A stretch of 64,000 nucleotides of DNA from Microcoleus sp. (GCA_052279835.1 CP181291.1:1856001-1920000); one strand, 5' to 3'. Positions 38,227 through 49,662 are shown, counted from the stretch's first letter. The notes: generated by a model not told the origin, from the letters alone. Numbers and translations are program-made.

Positions 38227-40089
38227 ATGAGTAATATATTTAACCAAATTCGATCGGTAACAACCCCATTGAGTAAGTTTTATAAACCTTCGGTAACATT
38301 TGCGAGGTCTGTACTAATAGCTAGCGCAGCCGTAACGTTGTCTTTAATTGGGGCTAGACAGCTTGGCCTACTCGAATCAGTAGAGTTAGCAGCTTACGAC
38401 CAAATGGTGAGGTGGCGTCCTGACGAGAGTCCAGACTCGCGCTTGCTAATTGTCGGAATTACCGAATCAGACATTCAGAGGCTGAAAGAGTGGCCCATAT
38501 CCGATCGCAAAATAACTGAAATCTTACAAAAACTAGACAAACTACAGCCACGAGTCATCGGTTTAGATGTCCTGCGAGATGTACCCCAAGGAGAGGGGCG
38601 GGACGAGTTAACTAAATTTTTGCGCAGAAGCGATCGCACGATCGGAGTTTGTTTAGTCACCGATGGTACTGGGGATAGTCCCGGTACTCCGCCTCCCCCC
38701 GGAATGCCAAAAGACCGGATTGGATTTGCTGATTTCGGAGTAGATCCCGGTGGTATAGTGCGCAGGGCTTTATTATTTATGAAACCCCCAGCCATGGAGA
38801 CTAACTATCCTACTACAGAAAAACACCTTTGTAACGACAATTCTCAAGTTTTATTTTCTTTTAACCTCCAGCTAGCATTGCGCTACCTGCAACCGCAAAA
38901 AATTTACCCAAAACTCGCCAAAGACCAATCTTTATGGCTTGGTAAAAAGCAGTTTAAAAAATTGGAACCCAATGACGGAGAATATACAAATGTCGATCTC
39001 AGAGGATATCAAATACTAATTAACTATAGGTCGAGAAGTAAAGTAGCAAACCAAGTCAAATTAACAGATGTCTTGGAAGGTAAAATCAACCCGAACTTGG
39101 TTAAAGATAAAATAGTTCTCATTGGTTACACCACGGAAACTGTTAAAGACTTTTTTTATACTCCTTACAGTGCGGGAAAAGATAAAAACCAATTCATGCC
39201 AGGGATAGTTACTCACGCACAAGTCGTTAGCCAAATTTTGAGTGCGGTTTTAGACGATCGACCTTTATTTTGGTTTTGGCCCGAATGGGTAGAAATCCTC
39301 TGGATTTCAGGATGGTCAATTGTGGGAGGAACCTTGGCTTGGCGAATAACTCACCCTACGCGCTTGATACTCACCTTTGTGGCAATGCTGGGAGTATGTT
39401 GCATCACCAGCTTGGGGATTTTTTGGTTAGGAGGGTGGGTGCCGATGGCAACACCGGCCTTAGCTTTAGTTGTCACTGGTGGCAGTATTGTATTAGCCGA
39501 CAGATTTAATAAATCCGGTTACGGGAAAGCAATTACCGATCGCGTAAAACAAGTTTTCAAAATTGAAATAGACCAAGCCCAAAAAGATGAGCAAGTAGCA
39601 GAAATTACGCAATCTCAGTTCTTTAAAGAATTGCAGCAAAAAAAAGATCTACTTAGAGCGAGCAAAAAAGAACTCTCTGCTCCTTCTGCTTCTCCACCCG
39701 CAGAAATACCCAAAATAACTGCTGTTTCGACGACACCTCAAAACGCTGAAAGCCAGCCCCAGGATTACTTAGCTCACTTAAAGCAAAAATCTCAAAAACA
39801 CAAGCAGCGCGGGGCACGGAGTGAAGCTGAACAGGAATCCCAAACCCCTGTGACTGTTGAGGAAAAAGGGCTTGACGGAGCGATCGAAACTCAAACCGAT
39901 GAGGAGTTGAGCGATTTGTCAGCTCAGCCATCCCAAACCCCTGTGACTGTTGAGCAAACACTGCTTGACGGGGCGATCGAAACTCAAGCTGATGAGGAGT
40001 TGAGCGATTTGCAAGCCAAAGCCAGACAAATGCGACAGCGCAAAGCCGCAAAAAACCGGCTCAAAAATCCAACCAATCAGGACTATTAG
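38227..40089 (+). CDS. CHASE2-domain membrane receptor without an enzymatic output domain
   Basis: WPISD, IGLDVLRD, DPGGIVRR, KIVLIG, PGIVTHAQ; three TM helices; charged tail. Confidence 0.88.
   Translation: MSNIFNQIRSVTTPLSKFYKPSVTFARSVLIASAAVTLSLIGARQLGLLESVELAAYDQMVRWRPDESPDSRLLIVGITESDIQRLKEWPISDRKITEILQKLDKLQPRVIGLDVLRDVPQGEGRDELTKFLRRSDRTIGVCLVTDGTGDSPGTPPPPGMPKDRIGFADFGVDPGGIVRRALLFMKPPAMETNYPTTEKHLCNDNSQVLFSFNLQLALRYLQPQKIYPKLAKDQSLWLGKKQFKKLEPNDGEYTNVDLRGYQILINYRSRSKVANQVKLTDVLEGKINPNLVKDKIVLIGYTTETVKDFFYTPYSAGKDKNQFMPGIVTHAQVVSQILSAVLDDRPLFWFWPEWVEILWISGWSIVGGTLAWRITHPTRLILTFVAMLGVCCITSLGIFWLGGWVPMATPALALVVTGGSIVLADRFNKSGYGKAITDRVKQVFKIEIDQAQKDEQVAEITQSQFFKELQQKKDLLRASKKELSAPSASPPAEIPKITAVSTTPQNAESQPQDYLAHLKQKSQKHKQRGARSEAEQESQTPVTVEEKGLDGAIETQTDEELSDLSAQPSQTPVTVEQTLLDGAIETQADEELSDLQAKARQMRQRKAAKNRLKNPTNQDY
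39838..40011 (+). repeat. 93-bp in-frame tandem duplication in the CHASE2 tail
   Basis: SQTPVTVE...LDGAIETQ.DEELSDL encoded twice (39838 and 39931). Confidence 0.9.
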
Positions 40090-40201
40090 AGCTTCTGGCA
40101 TCTTCCATCTTCCTTTTGCCATAGCTTGTCAAAGGGTCGAATGGTAGCGGAGGATGTGAAAGTAGTAATTTGCGTCCTCATCTCACACTCCAAACTAAAC
40201 C

Positions 40202-40960
40202 ATGTCCAAAACCATCTCTGTCCACTCCTACCGGGGTGGAACTGGCAAATCGAACACGACAGCAAACCTGGCATCTATCATCGCTAGCAAAGGAAATCGG
40301 GTGGCTATTGTAGACACCGATATTCAATCCCCTGGGATTCATGTATTGTTCGGTTTCACTGAAAACAATATGGATCGCTGTCTCAATGATTACCTATGGG
40401 GTCGATGTCCGATCGCCGATACAGCCTGCAAAGTAACATCCCTATTGCCCCAATTAGCGAATAAGGGCGAACTCTACCTGATCCCTTCCAGCATTAAAGC
40501 AGGGGAAATCGCACGAGTTTTGCGCGAAGGCTACGACGTAGGATTGCTGACGGACGGTTTTGAAGAGCTGATCGAGGTTCTGGACTTAGATTACCTATTT
40601 ATCGACACTCACCCTGGCCTCAACGAAGAAACTCTGCTGAGTATTACAATTTCCGACATCCTGCTGCTGATCCTGCGTCCCGATCAGCAAGACTTTCAAG
40701 GAACGGCTGTGACGGTAGATGTGGCCCGACAATTAGAAGTGCCAAAGATCTTGATGACTATCAATAAAGCCCCGGAATCCCTGGACTTTGATGATTTGAA
40801 GCAGCAAGTAGAGACTATATACAAGATCCCAGTGGCAGGAGTTCTGCCCCACAGTGACAAAATGATGCTGCTGGCGAGTAAGGGAGTTTTTGCTTTGCAT
40901 TACCCCAACGATCCCCTAACTGCGGTGGTGGAAGGGATCGCTAGACAAATTATGGCCTGA
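40202..40960 (+). CDS. MinD/ParA-family ATPase
   Basis: Deviant Walker A SYRGGTGKS, VDTDI, IDTHPG; no C-terminal membrane-targeting helix. Confidence 0.9.
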   Translation: MSKTISVHSYRGGTGKSNTTANLASIIASKGNRVAIVDTDIQSPGIHVLFGFTENNMDRCLNDYLWGRCPIADTACKVTSLLPQLANKGELYLIPSSIKAGEIARVLREGYDVGLLTDGFEELIEVLDLDYLFIDTHPGLNEETLLSITISDILLLILRPDQQDFQGTAVTVDVARQLEVPKILMTINKAPESLDFDDLKQQVETIYKIPVAGVLPHSDKMMLLASKGVFALHYPNDPLTAVVEGIARQIMA

Positions 40961-41169
40961 TCCTGGGATGTGCTGCTGTGCGAGGCGATCGACCATTTCA
41001 ACTCACGCCCACCGGGCGAGATGACCAGATGGCGGGGGCGATCGAACTTTCAGTGGCAAAGATTAGCTTGTTTAGTCTGAAGAATGGTGACACAATAAGA
41101 TAAAAATAGATTATAAAGAATAGCCGGAAAACCTGCTTGACTTGAGTCGAGGGATCGAAGGTAGTTGCA

Positions 41170-41504
41170 GGATAAATCCTGCCTTGATTTACCGATCGTG
41201 CCGAATCATGTTAAGCCAGTGTTTTTGCCTAGTCAAATACACCTCTGTCATCATGATTGTGGAATAGATATCCGGCCTGTTCAAGACTTGCTTTTACGCA
41301 GAAGTCCCCTAGGACTTGTCAGTACAAGACATTAAAACCTACCCCCCGACAGGGGGAAAGTTACGACCGAGGAGCTAGTGGCCACACTAGGATAGCAGAC
41401 CGCCATGTTTGGCAACAGGATTGCGCCCGGAAACCCCAGCAATAGGGATATTAAGGCCGCCCAGTCTTAAGAATCCCGGCGTGAGCTTAACTGGGGAGAG
41501 TCAA
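41170..41504 (+). mobile_element. Decayed IS200/IS605 remnant: tnpB 3' end, omegaRNA-like segment and right end
   Basis: Ends GAATCCCGG...CTGGGGAGAGTCAA; degenerate frame PNHVK...IHLCHHDCG; stacked hairpins 41342-41497. Confidence 0.55.
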
Positions 41505-41538
41505 CAGAATTTGTGAAAAAACTTTAGGAGGAGAAACA

Positions 41539-41664
41539 ATGGATTTTGACTTGCGGATACTAATAGTATTGATGCCCGTTTTGTTGGCTGGCGGCTGGGC
41601 CGTATACAACATCGGCGCTATTGCTCTGACACAAGTTCAGAAATTGTTGAACAAGCAAACTTAA
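41539..41664 (+). CDS. psbY: Photosystem II protein Y (absent from ORF track)
   Basis: MDFDLRILIVLMPVLLAGGWAVYNIGAIALTQVQKLLNKQT; SD AGGAGG. Confidence 0.92.
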   Translation: MDFDLRILIVLMPVLLAGGWAVYNIGAIALTQVQKLLNKQT

Positions 41665-41691
41665 ACTTAGCTTATTTACAGCTACTTTCCG

Positions 41692-41727
41692 AGCCGACTG
41701 TTTCTTAAGATACAAAAACAGTCGGCT
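41692..41727 (+). terminator. Stem-loop downstream of psbY
   Basis: 12-bp stem AGCCGACTGTTT/AAACAGTCGGCT. Confidence 0.65.
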
Positions 41728-41994
41728 AATTCATGTTTATTTACTGTAAAATCCTTGGGAAAAGTTAGAATCATTTCTCAAAAACCAAGAGAGCATTGAT
41801 GAACTCGGAAAATGAATCTATCGGCTGCGATCGCTTAAAGAAAATCAAACTATTGGTCAAACACACTCCAACCAAAATATGAGACAATCACAAAAGTAAT
41901 TGCACTGAAAAAAACCCGAAAAACTCCGAAGTTTAACCTGTAGGGAAGATCGGTAAAATTGTCAACGTTGAACTCCTATATCTTGAGATAGATT

Positions 41995-43503
41995 ATGCTT
42001 TTTCCCAGATCTAGCGGCATTCTAGTCCACCCCACATCCTTTCCCAGTCGATTCGGCGTAGGCGACATGGGAATAGAAGCCTATCGCTTTATTGACTTTT
42101 TAGTAGAAAGCGACCAGCAATACTGGCAAATATTGCCACTGGGCCCCACAGGATACGGCAATTCTCCTTATTCGTGCTATTCAGCAATGGCAGGAAATCC
42201 CATGCTGATCAGCCCGGAAATATTGCGAGACGAGCAATTGGTAACAGATGAAGACTTGGCTAATTGGCCGGAATTTCCCCTCGACTATGTAGAGTTCGAG
42301 CGCGCAGTGGCTCTGAAATTGCCATTGCTCAAAAAAGCCTCCGAAAATTTTAAGGCGAAAGCATCGCCGGTGCAGCAAAGAGAATTTTCGGCTTTTTGTG
42401 AAAGCAAAGCGATATGGCTGGAAGATTATGCCTTGTTTATGGCTCTCAAAGAATCCTTTGGTGGTGTTAGCTGGAACAATTGGGAACCAGATATTGCTCA
42501 TCGAAAACCCGATGCGCTAGACAAGTGGCGGCAGCAGCTAAATGCTGAGATTTATTACTACAAATACGTCCAGTTTGAGTTTTTTCGCCAGTGGACGGAG
42601 TTGAAACGTTATGCTAACCTGCGGGACATTAAAATTATTGGTGACATTCCAATTTATGTAGCTCACGATAGCGCAGATGTGTGGTCTCATCCTGAAACAT
42701 TCTGTTTGGATGAACCCACGGGAGAACCAGCTTTAATGGCGGGAGTTCCCCCTGATTACTTCAGCAGTACAGGTCAATTGTGGGGCAACCCTGTCTACAA
42801 TTGGGAGGAGTTGCAAGCAAATAATTTCCAGTGGTGGGTGCAGCGTTTTGAAGCGATTTTTGATTATGTAGACGTGACTCGAATAGACCACTTTAGAGGA
42901 TTTGAGGCATACTGGGCTGTTAAGCGCGGCAAAAAAAATGCGATCGAGGGAGAGTGGATTCAAGCACCTGGAACAGCTTTGTTTGAGGTAATTAACGAGA
43001 AGTTTGGCAACCTGCCAATTATCGCTGAGGATTTAGGGTTAATTACTCCTGAAGTGGAAGCTTTGCGCGATCGATTTGAGTTTCCGGGAATGAAGATTTT
43101 GCAGTTTGCTTTTAACTCAGGTCCCGATGAACCTTTTTTGCCTTTTAACTACGAACGTAACTGTGTAGTCTACACCGGGACTCACGACAACGATACGACT
43201 GTCGGATGGTTCAATCAACTGCAACACTACGAAAGAGAAGAGGTTTATCGTTATTTGGGCTGCCTCGATCCCCAAGGGATTCATTGGTCTTTAATCCGCA
43301 TGGCTTGGGGATCGATTGCTAATTTGGCAGTTGTTCCGTTTCAAGACTTGTTGGGTTTGGGTGCAGATGCCAGGATGAATTTTCCAGGGAAAGCAGAGGG
43401 AAATTGGGGCTGGCGATATCGGGCAGAAGCTTTGAATTGGGAAGTGCGCGATCGGCTCAAAACCATGACTTACATCTGCGGGCGTTCCCCTAAGAGAAAT
43501 TAA
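41995..43503 (+). CDS. malQ: 4-alpha-glucanotransferase (GH77)
   Basis: GILVHPTS, GVPPDYFS, RIDHFRG, AEDLG, YTGTHDN. Confidence 0.97.
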   Translation: MLFPRSSGILVHPTSFPSRFGVGDMGIEAYRFIDFLVESDQQYWQILPLGPTGYGNSPYSCYSAMAGNPMLISPEILRDEQLVTDEDLANWPEFPLDYVEFERAVALKLPLLKKASENFKAKASPVQQREFSAFCESKAIWLEDYALFMALKESFGGVSWNNWEPDIAHRKPDALDKWRQQLNAEIYYYKYVQFEFFRQWTELKRYANLRDIKIIGDIPIYVAHDSADVWSHPETFCLDEPTGEPALMAGVPPDYFSSTGQLWGNPVYNWEELQANNFQWWVQRFEAIFDYVDVTRIDHFRGFEAYWAVKRGKKNAIEGEWIQAPGTALFEVINEKFGNLPIIAEDLGLITPEVEALRDRFEFPGMKILQFAFNSGPDEPFLPFNYERNCVVYTGTHDNDTTVGWFNQLQHYEREEVYRYLGCLDPQGIHWSLIRMAWGSIANLAVVPFQDLLGLGADARMNFPGKAEGNWGWRYRAEALNWEVRDRLKTMTYICGRSPKRN

Positions 43504-43547
43504 AAATGGGTAACTTATTAGTTGTTATTTGTTAGTAGAAAAACTCT

Positions 43548-43668
43548 GGGTGCATCTCTATTTGGCAAGTATATTCGTAGGGCCGAAGCATGACCGCTGT
43601 AAATCTATGGTGATCACTAATAAATTGTCTGCGGTCATGCTTCGCCTATGCAAAATCGGGATGCTCCC
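43548..43668. mobile_element. 121-bp MITE with 8-bp TSD and an internal REP-like hairpin
   Basis: Terminal IRs match 16/20; AAAACTCT at 43540-43547 and 43669-43676; inner IR CGAAGCATGACCGC/GCGGTCATGCTTCG. Confidence 0.85.
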
Positions 43669-43724
43669 AAAACTCTTAACTACTAACAAGTAACAACTAA
43701 CTATTACCAATTACCAATTACCAA

Positions 43725-44600
43725 TTACCCTTCCTTTTTGGCTTTTTCTGAAGGTTTGAGTTCGTCAGCTTTGAAAACAACTTGTTTGACAACTCCAGGG
43801 TCTCCGAGTTGCTCTGCTTGTCCGTTATTAAAGGCAATTAGTACCCCGCCGGCGTTGCCCGCTACCACCACTAATTTGTCTTTAGCTTGCCAAGTGCGCT
43901 GAGTCCCAGAAGGCAAAGTTCCCTCAAACTCGGTTTTGCCATCGATTTCAATTTGCAACCACGATTCTTCCTTGAAAGTGACGCTAACCATTACTGGTTT
44001 ATCGCTAGATTTATTTAAATTTCCCTCTTTTGTTCCCGCTTGTAGAGTTGTGTAAGTATCCACTTTCTGCTTTTTGGCGAGGCGATCGGACTCGGCTGCT
44101 AAACGGGCTTGTTGTTCTTGAAGTGCGAGTTGTTCTTTGACCAGCTCGTTTCTTCCTGGGAAGGAACCACCCATCAATTGAGACAAGCTATTGACCGAAA
44201 AGATAATTAGAAATGTGTAAAACAGGTACAAGTGCATCGGCCGCAACTGAGGCCATTCTTGCCAGGATAACTTGGGTACCGATCGAGGTGGTTGTTCGAT
44301 CGGGAAAAAGTCGGCAAACTCAGCCCCGTCCAAACCCATGACCTCGGCGTACCGCTTGATCAAACCTTGAGTGTAGACTGGTTCGGGAAGTCGATCTAGT
44401 TGACCATCCTCGATCGCCTGTAGCAGATCCCGCCGAATCATCGTCACCACAGCTACTTTGTCCAAGCAAATCGACTCTTTTTCCCGGAACTGGCGGAGTT
44501 TTGCGCCAATTTCTGCTAGCTTTTGGGCGCGTTCTGCCTCTTGGGAAGGCAGCTTTTTTTTAGGGGTTTTGAAAAGTAAAAAAAATAAATTCTTTGTCAT
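43725..44600 (-). CDS. rodZ: RodZ-like protein (HTH-TM-DUF4115); probable start 44600
   Basis: IGAKLRQFRE...LQAIEDG...LPEPVY; SWLQIEIDG; GNAGGV. Confidence 0.8.
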   Translation of the reverse strand: MTKNLFFLLFKTPKKKLPSQEAERAQKLAEIGAKLRQFREKESICLDKVAVVTMIRRDLLQAIEDGQLDRLPEPVYTQGLIKRYAEVMGLDGAEFADFFPIEQPPRSVPKLSWQEWPQLRPMHLYLFYTFLIIFSVNSLSQLMGGSFPGRNELVKEQLALQEQQARLAAESDRLAKKQKVDTYTTLQAGTKEGNLNKSSDKPVMVSVTFKEESWLQIEIDGKTEFEGTLPSGTQRTWQAKDKLVVVAGNAGGVLIAFNNGQAEQLGDPGVVKQVVFKADELKPSEKAKKEG

Positions 44601-45391
44601 AGGCTGTGCTTCCTGATGTTGACTGGCACATTGGTTGAGGTTAGGTTGACTAGACTCCATAAAAAAATAATTTCAGAATTTGTAAGAGGTCGGCAGCAGC
44701 CTACTGGCAATATTGGCTCCGAAGGTGGCTGCAATTGAATCGAGCCAATGGCTGTGCGGTGTAGGCCCAGCACGGGATATCCTAACTGCTCGGCGGTTCG
44801 CCGAATTTGTCGATTTCTCCCTTCTGATAAAATAACGGACAACATGGTTTGGTTACGAGTGCGCTCTAGGACTTCAACTTGAGCTGGCATAGTCTTTCTG
44901 CCGGCCAACACGATCCCCTGACGCCACGCTTGCAGTACCGGTTCGGGAGGATGCCCCTGCACCCAAACCTGATAAGTTTTGGATATCGAATGACGCGGAT
45001 GAGTCAAACAAAATGTCAGCTTACCATCATTAGTGAGTAGCAGTGCGCCCGTAGAATCTGCATCTAAGCGTCCTACAGGGTGAATGCCTTGACCGGAACG
45101 TAGTTTGGGAGGCAGCAAGTCCAGAACTTTCGATCGTGCCCTGGGGTCGCTGCAAGTCGAAACTACCCCAGGGGGTTTGTGAAGTAACAGATAGACTGAC
45201 GCTGGTCGTTCTGTCGCCTTGACCGGCACTCCATCGACTTCGATCAGATCGATATCTGGATTAGCTTTTTGTCCTAAATTCACGACCTGACCATTGACTC
45301 GCACTCGTCCAGCGATCATCATTTGTTCAGCTTGACGGCGAGAGGCGATGCCCCACTGGGCGAGGATTTTTTGTAGCCTTTCATCTGACAT
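44597..45391 (-). CDS. RsuA/RluB-family rRNA pseudouridine synthase
   Basis: S4 domain ERLQKILA, HKPPG, GRLD, EGRNRQIRR. Confidence 0.95.
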   Translation of the reverse strand: MSDERLQKILAQWGIASRRQAEQMMIAGRVRVNGQVVNLGQKANPDIDLIEVDGVPVKATERPASVYLLLHKPPGVVSTCSDPRARSKVLDLLPPKLRSGQGIHPVGRLDADSTGALLLTNDGKLTFCLTHPRHSISKTYQVWVQGHPPEPVLQAWRQGIVLAGRKTMPAQVEVLERTRNQTMLSVILSEGRNRQIRRTAEQLGYPVLGLHRTAIGSIQLQPPSEPILPVGCCRPLTNSEIIFLWSLVNLTSTNVPVNIRKHSL

Positions 45392-46173
45392 GACGGGAGT
45401 TTGGAAACGCCCAACTCTTGAGTTGGGGGAGGAAATACGACAGGTTGAATTGATTAACGGTGTCTCATCAACACTGGTGTGACTTTGGATTTAAAAGTTG
45501 GTGAATCTTTCTCTTCCAATACCCCTAAATTTATTGGGGGTTTACGGACTCCTAGGCCGACAGCTTCGTAAAGTTGTTGCTTGGATGGCAGTCCAGCTAA
45601 ATCTTGACACGATTTAGACAAACTATGTACAAATGTTACGTTACAGGAAGAGTTTTATTTTGGATGCTTTCGATACATTTAGCCCCGACCAATTAGGCAA
45701 TCGGTGTCTGTGGTATGTGTTAGGCGCTATCTGACGTTGTAAATCTGACATCGCAAATCGGAAATTTTGTAAACTTCATTTCCTGATTTTGAACAAATTA
45801 TACTGTTGGCGAAACCGTACAAAGGTTGGCACATCCGCAGATTGTCCCGATGCAATAACCCTGAAGATTGTATGAAAACTCTAGGTTTTCACTCTCGATC
45901 GCCATTCCTGCACCTTCGCTCGACTGCTGGTTACAAAGGTGCGGGGTTAGACGAGACAATTATAAACTAACACTAAAACAAATACTAGGTTTATAGTTAA
46001 ATTTGCGGTAGTCTGAGCTTCCATACATGACAACGCTGGCAACCAGGGAGCTAGCGGGGACAATTTTCCCTACTTTCGGCGATGGGGAGTCAGCGAGAAT
46101 CCCCGCACCTCAAGCAGCCCGGATGGTGTAATTTTTGTGTTTGAATATTAAAGTTCCAATTCTGAAATCTTTT

Positions 46174-46971
46174 ATGACAGTCGATCGCAATTCTTGGGAA
46201 TTTGACAATGGATCTGACCCTACTGGGGAACTGGAAGGTGCTAATTTCGGTAAGCAGCAGGGTTCGGGGATACCATCAAGGAGTCAAGGCAGCCGAATCG
46301 CGAGTGCAGTGCTGTCTCCGGCGGTGCAGTTGTGGCTGCGATCGCAAGTTCAGCAGGTGTCAGAGTTGAGCGTGAAAATAGAGGGAAGCGATCGACAAAT
46401 CTTCAGTGGTGCGATCCCCAAAGTAACGGCAACAGCTCGCGGTGCTATCTATCAGGGACTGCATCTAACTTCCATCGCCATAGAGGGTGCTGGCATCCGC
46501 GTTAACCTCGGTCAAGTTATCAAAGGTCAACCACTCCGCCTTTTAGAATCCTTTCCCGTATTCGGCGTTTTACGGCTAATTCAAGCCGATTTAAATGCGT
46601 CGCTGAAAGCACCTTTGCTTGCGGACGCTTTGAGCGATTTTTTGCGGCCAATACTGCCGCTAGGCGATCGGGAACAGCCTTTAATATTACAAAATTCGCA
46701 AATAGTAATTGATGCAGGTTTGTTAACGCTTTCGGCTGTTATTTTACGCCATGAAGGTACGCAAATCCCCTTTGTATTGCGTACTGGTTTGCGGATGTTG
46801 AGCGGTCACGAATTGATGTTAGAAAATCCAGAAATCGAATTTACACAATCATCCACTAAGCATATTGTAGATAGTTTTAAAATTGATTTAGGACCCGAAG
46901 TTGAAATTGAGGAGTTAATTTTGAATACCGGGGAAATAGTTTGTCGGGGTGGAATTAGAGTTTTGCCTTAG
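46174..46971 (+). CDS. DUF2993-domain protein
   Basis: LSPAVQLWLRSQV, YQGLHL, DLNASL, IDLG. Confidence 0.75.
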   Translation: MTVDRNSWEFDNGSDPTGELEGANFGKQQGSGIPSRSQGSRIASAVLSPAVQLWLRSQVQQVSELSVKIEGSDRQIFSGAIPKVTATARGAIYQGLHLTSIAIEGAGIRVNLGQVIKGQPLRLLESFPVFGVLRLIQADLNASLKAPLLADALSDFLRPILPLGDREQPLILQNSQIVIDAGLLTLSAVILRHEGTQIPFVLRTGLRMLSGHELMLENPEIEFTQSSTKHIVDSFKIDLGPEVEIEELILNTGEIVCRGGIRVLP

Positions 46972-47004
46972 TTAGTTAAATGGCTTTAAACGCAAGCCCT
47001 AGAA

Positions 47005-47223
47005 TTATTGCTCAGCTAGCTGATGACTCAGAAACACTTCACAGTCATCCCTTTTCCAGACAAATCCAATGTTACAGACAACAATGTATTGAGGGCGAGT
47101 GCGATCGATAATTCGCTCTTCCTCCCAGCCACAGATCAGCCACCTCACCGTAATCGGCGTCATCCCGATCGCCTCAGAAGTCTCCTGGTGAGTCAATCTA
47201 AGTTGAAACACTGTTCTTCCCAC
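47005..47223 (-). pseudogene. Crp/Fnr-family HTH remnant
   Basis: LRLTHQETSEAIGMTPITVRWL resembles the Crp HTH; no intact upstream cNMP domain. Confidence 0.55.
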
Positions 47224-47784
47224 CCACCGATACAGATTTGTGGTGCGAGTTCTCCTCGTTTGGGCGATCGGACTCGCTCAATTAAATACAATGATAATCG
47301 CCACCATTATATTGATGTGTTAGATATTTAAATTTAATTGGGCGATCGGGTGGGATACCCGCGCCACAAGCTTTTGCAGTTCTTGTCAGTTTTTGGACAC
47401 TCTCTGTTTATCCGCTTATCCGCTCGCGTAGTCGAATTCGTAAACAGCTCGATCAGTTCGATTCCTTACGTTCTGGCGATCGAGGATATCTTACCCTTTG
47501 TGTCCTAACACGGGTCATTGCCATAACAAATATAGAAATTAGAGCTTCTGTCTGGGGATGGGAACAGATTATCACCGTTCTGGGGATTTCTTTATGGGAG
47601 GAGTATTGACGGCTCTACAAACAAAATCTGCGCACTATACCGTACTTACGATAAATAAGAAAGTAGAAAAATTACTACAAAAAGATTCGGTTCCCTCTAC
47701 TCGCATCACCCTGGTTATTAGGCTATTCTTGAAAAGCGCCAAAAGGAAAGCGGTTCACCGAACCACGACCGAAAGGTAAACACC

Positions 47785-47796
47785 GAACCTAGAAAA
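47785..47796 (+). promoter_or_regulatory. rRNA leader boxA-like antiterminator
   Basis: GAACCTAGAAAA; ITS copy GAACCTTGAAAA at 49923-49934. Confidence 0.6.
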
Positions 47797-47980
47797 AAGA
47801 ATAGTTTGAAAGCTTAAAGCACTATTAACCTCGTCAAAAAAATTAAAGATAGAGAGTAAAAGCAGTAGCTGATACTTAATATCACAAACAACGAGAAAAA
47901 AGTCAAGTAAAAAAGAAGGAAATCAGGCCTAATCGCCAAAATAACCGGAAAACAACTTGACGAGCCGAAAAAAACTCAAC

Positions 47981-49471
<1,491 letters not shown>

Positions 49472-49588
49472 TAGGGAGACCATCTGAAGACAGACCGAAC
49501 CTAAACAATCAAGGTCTAGAATCAGTCATCCCTGGTCGTTCGAGATAATAGAGTCAAAGCTTTCAAACTATTAAAGGGTTCAGGTAAC

Positions 49589-49662
<74 letters not shown>

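Noticed and set aside
41257..41445. 62-aa ORF
   Set aside because: TTG start without SD, lying within the IS605-like remnant
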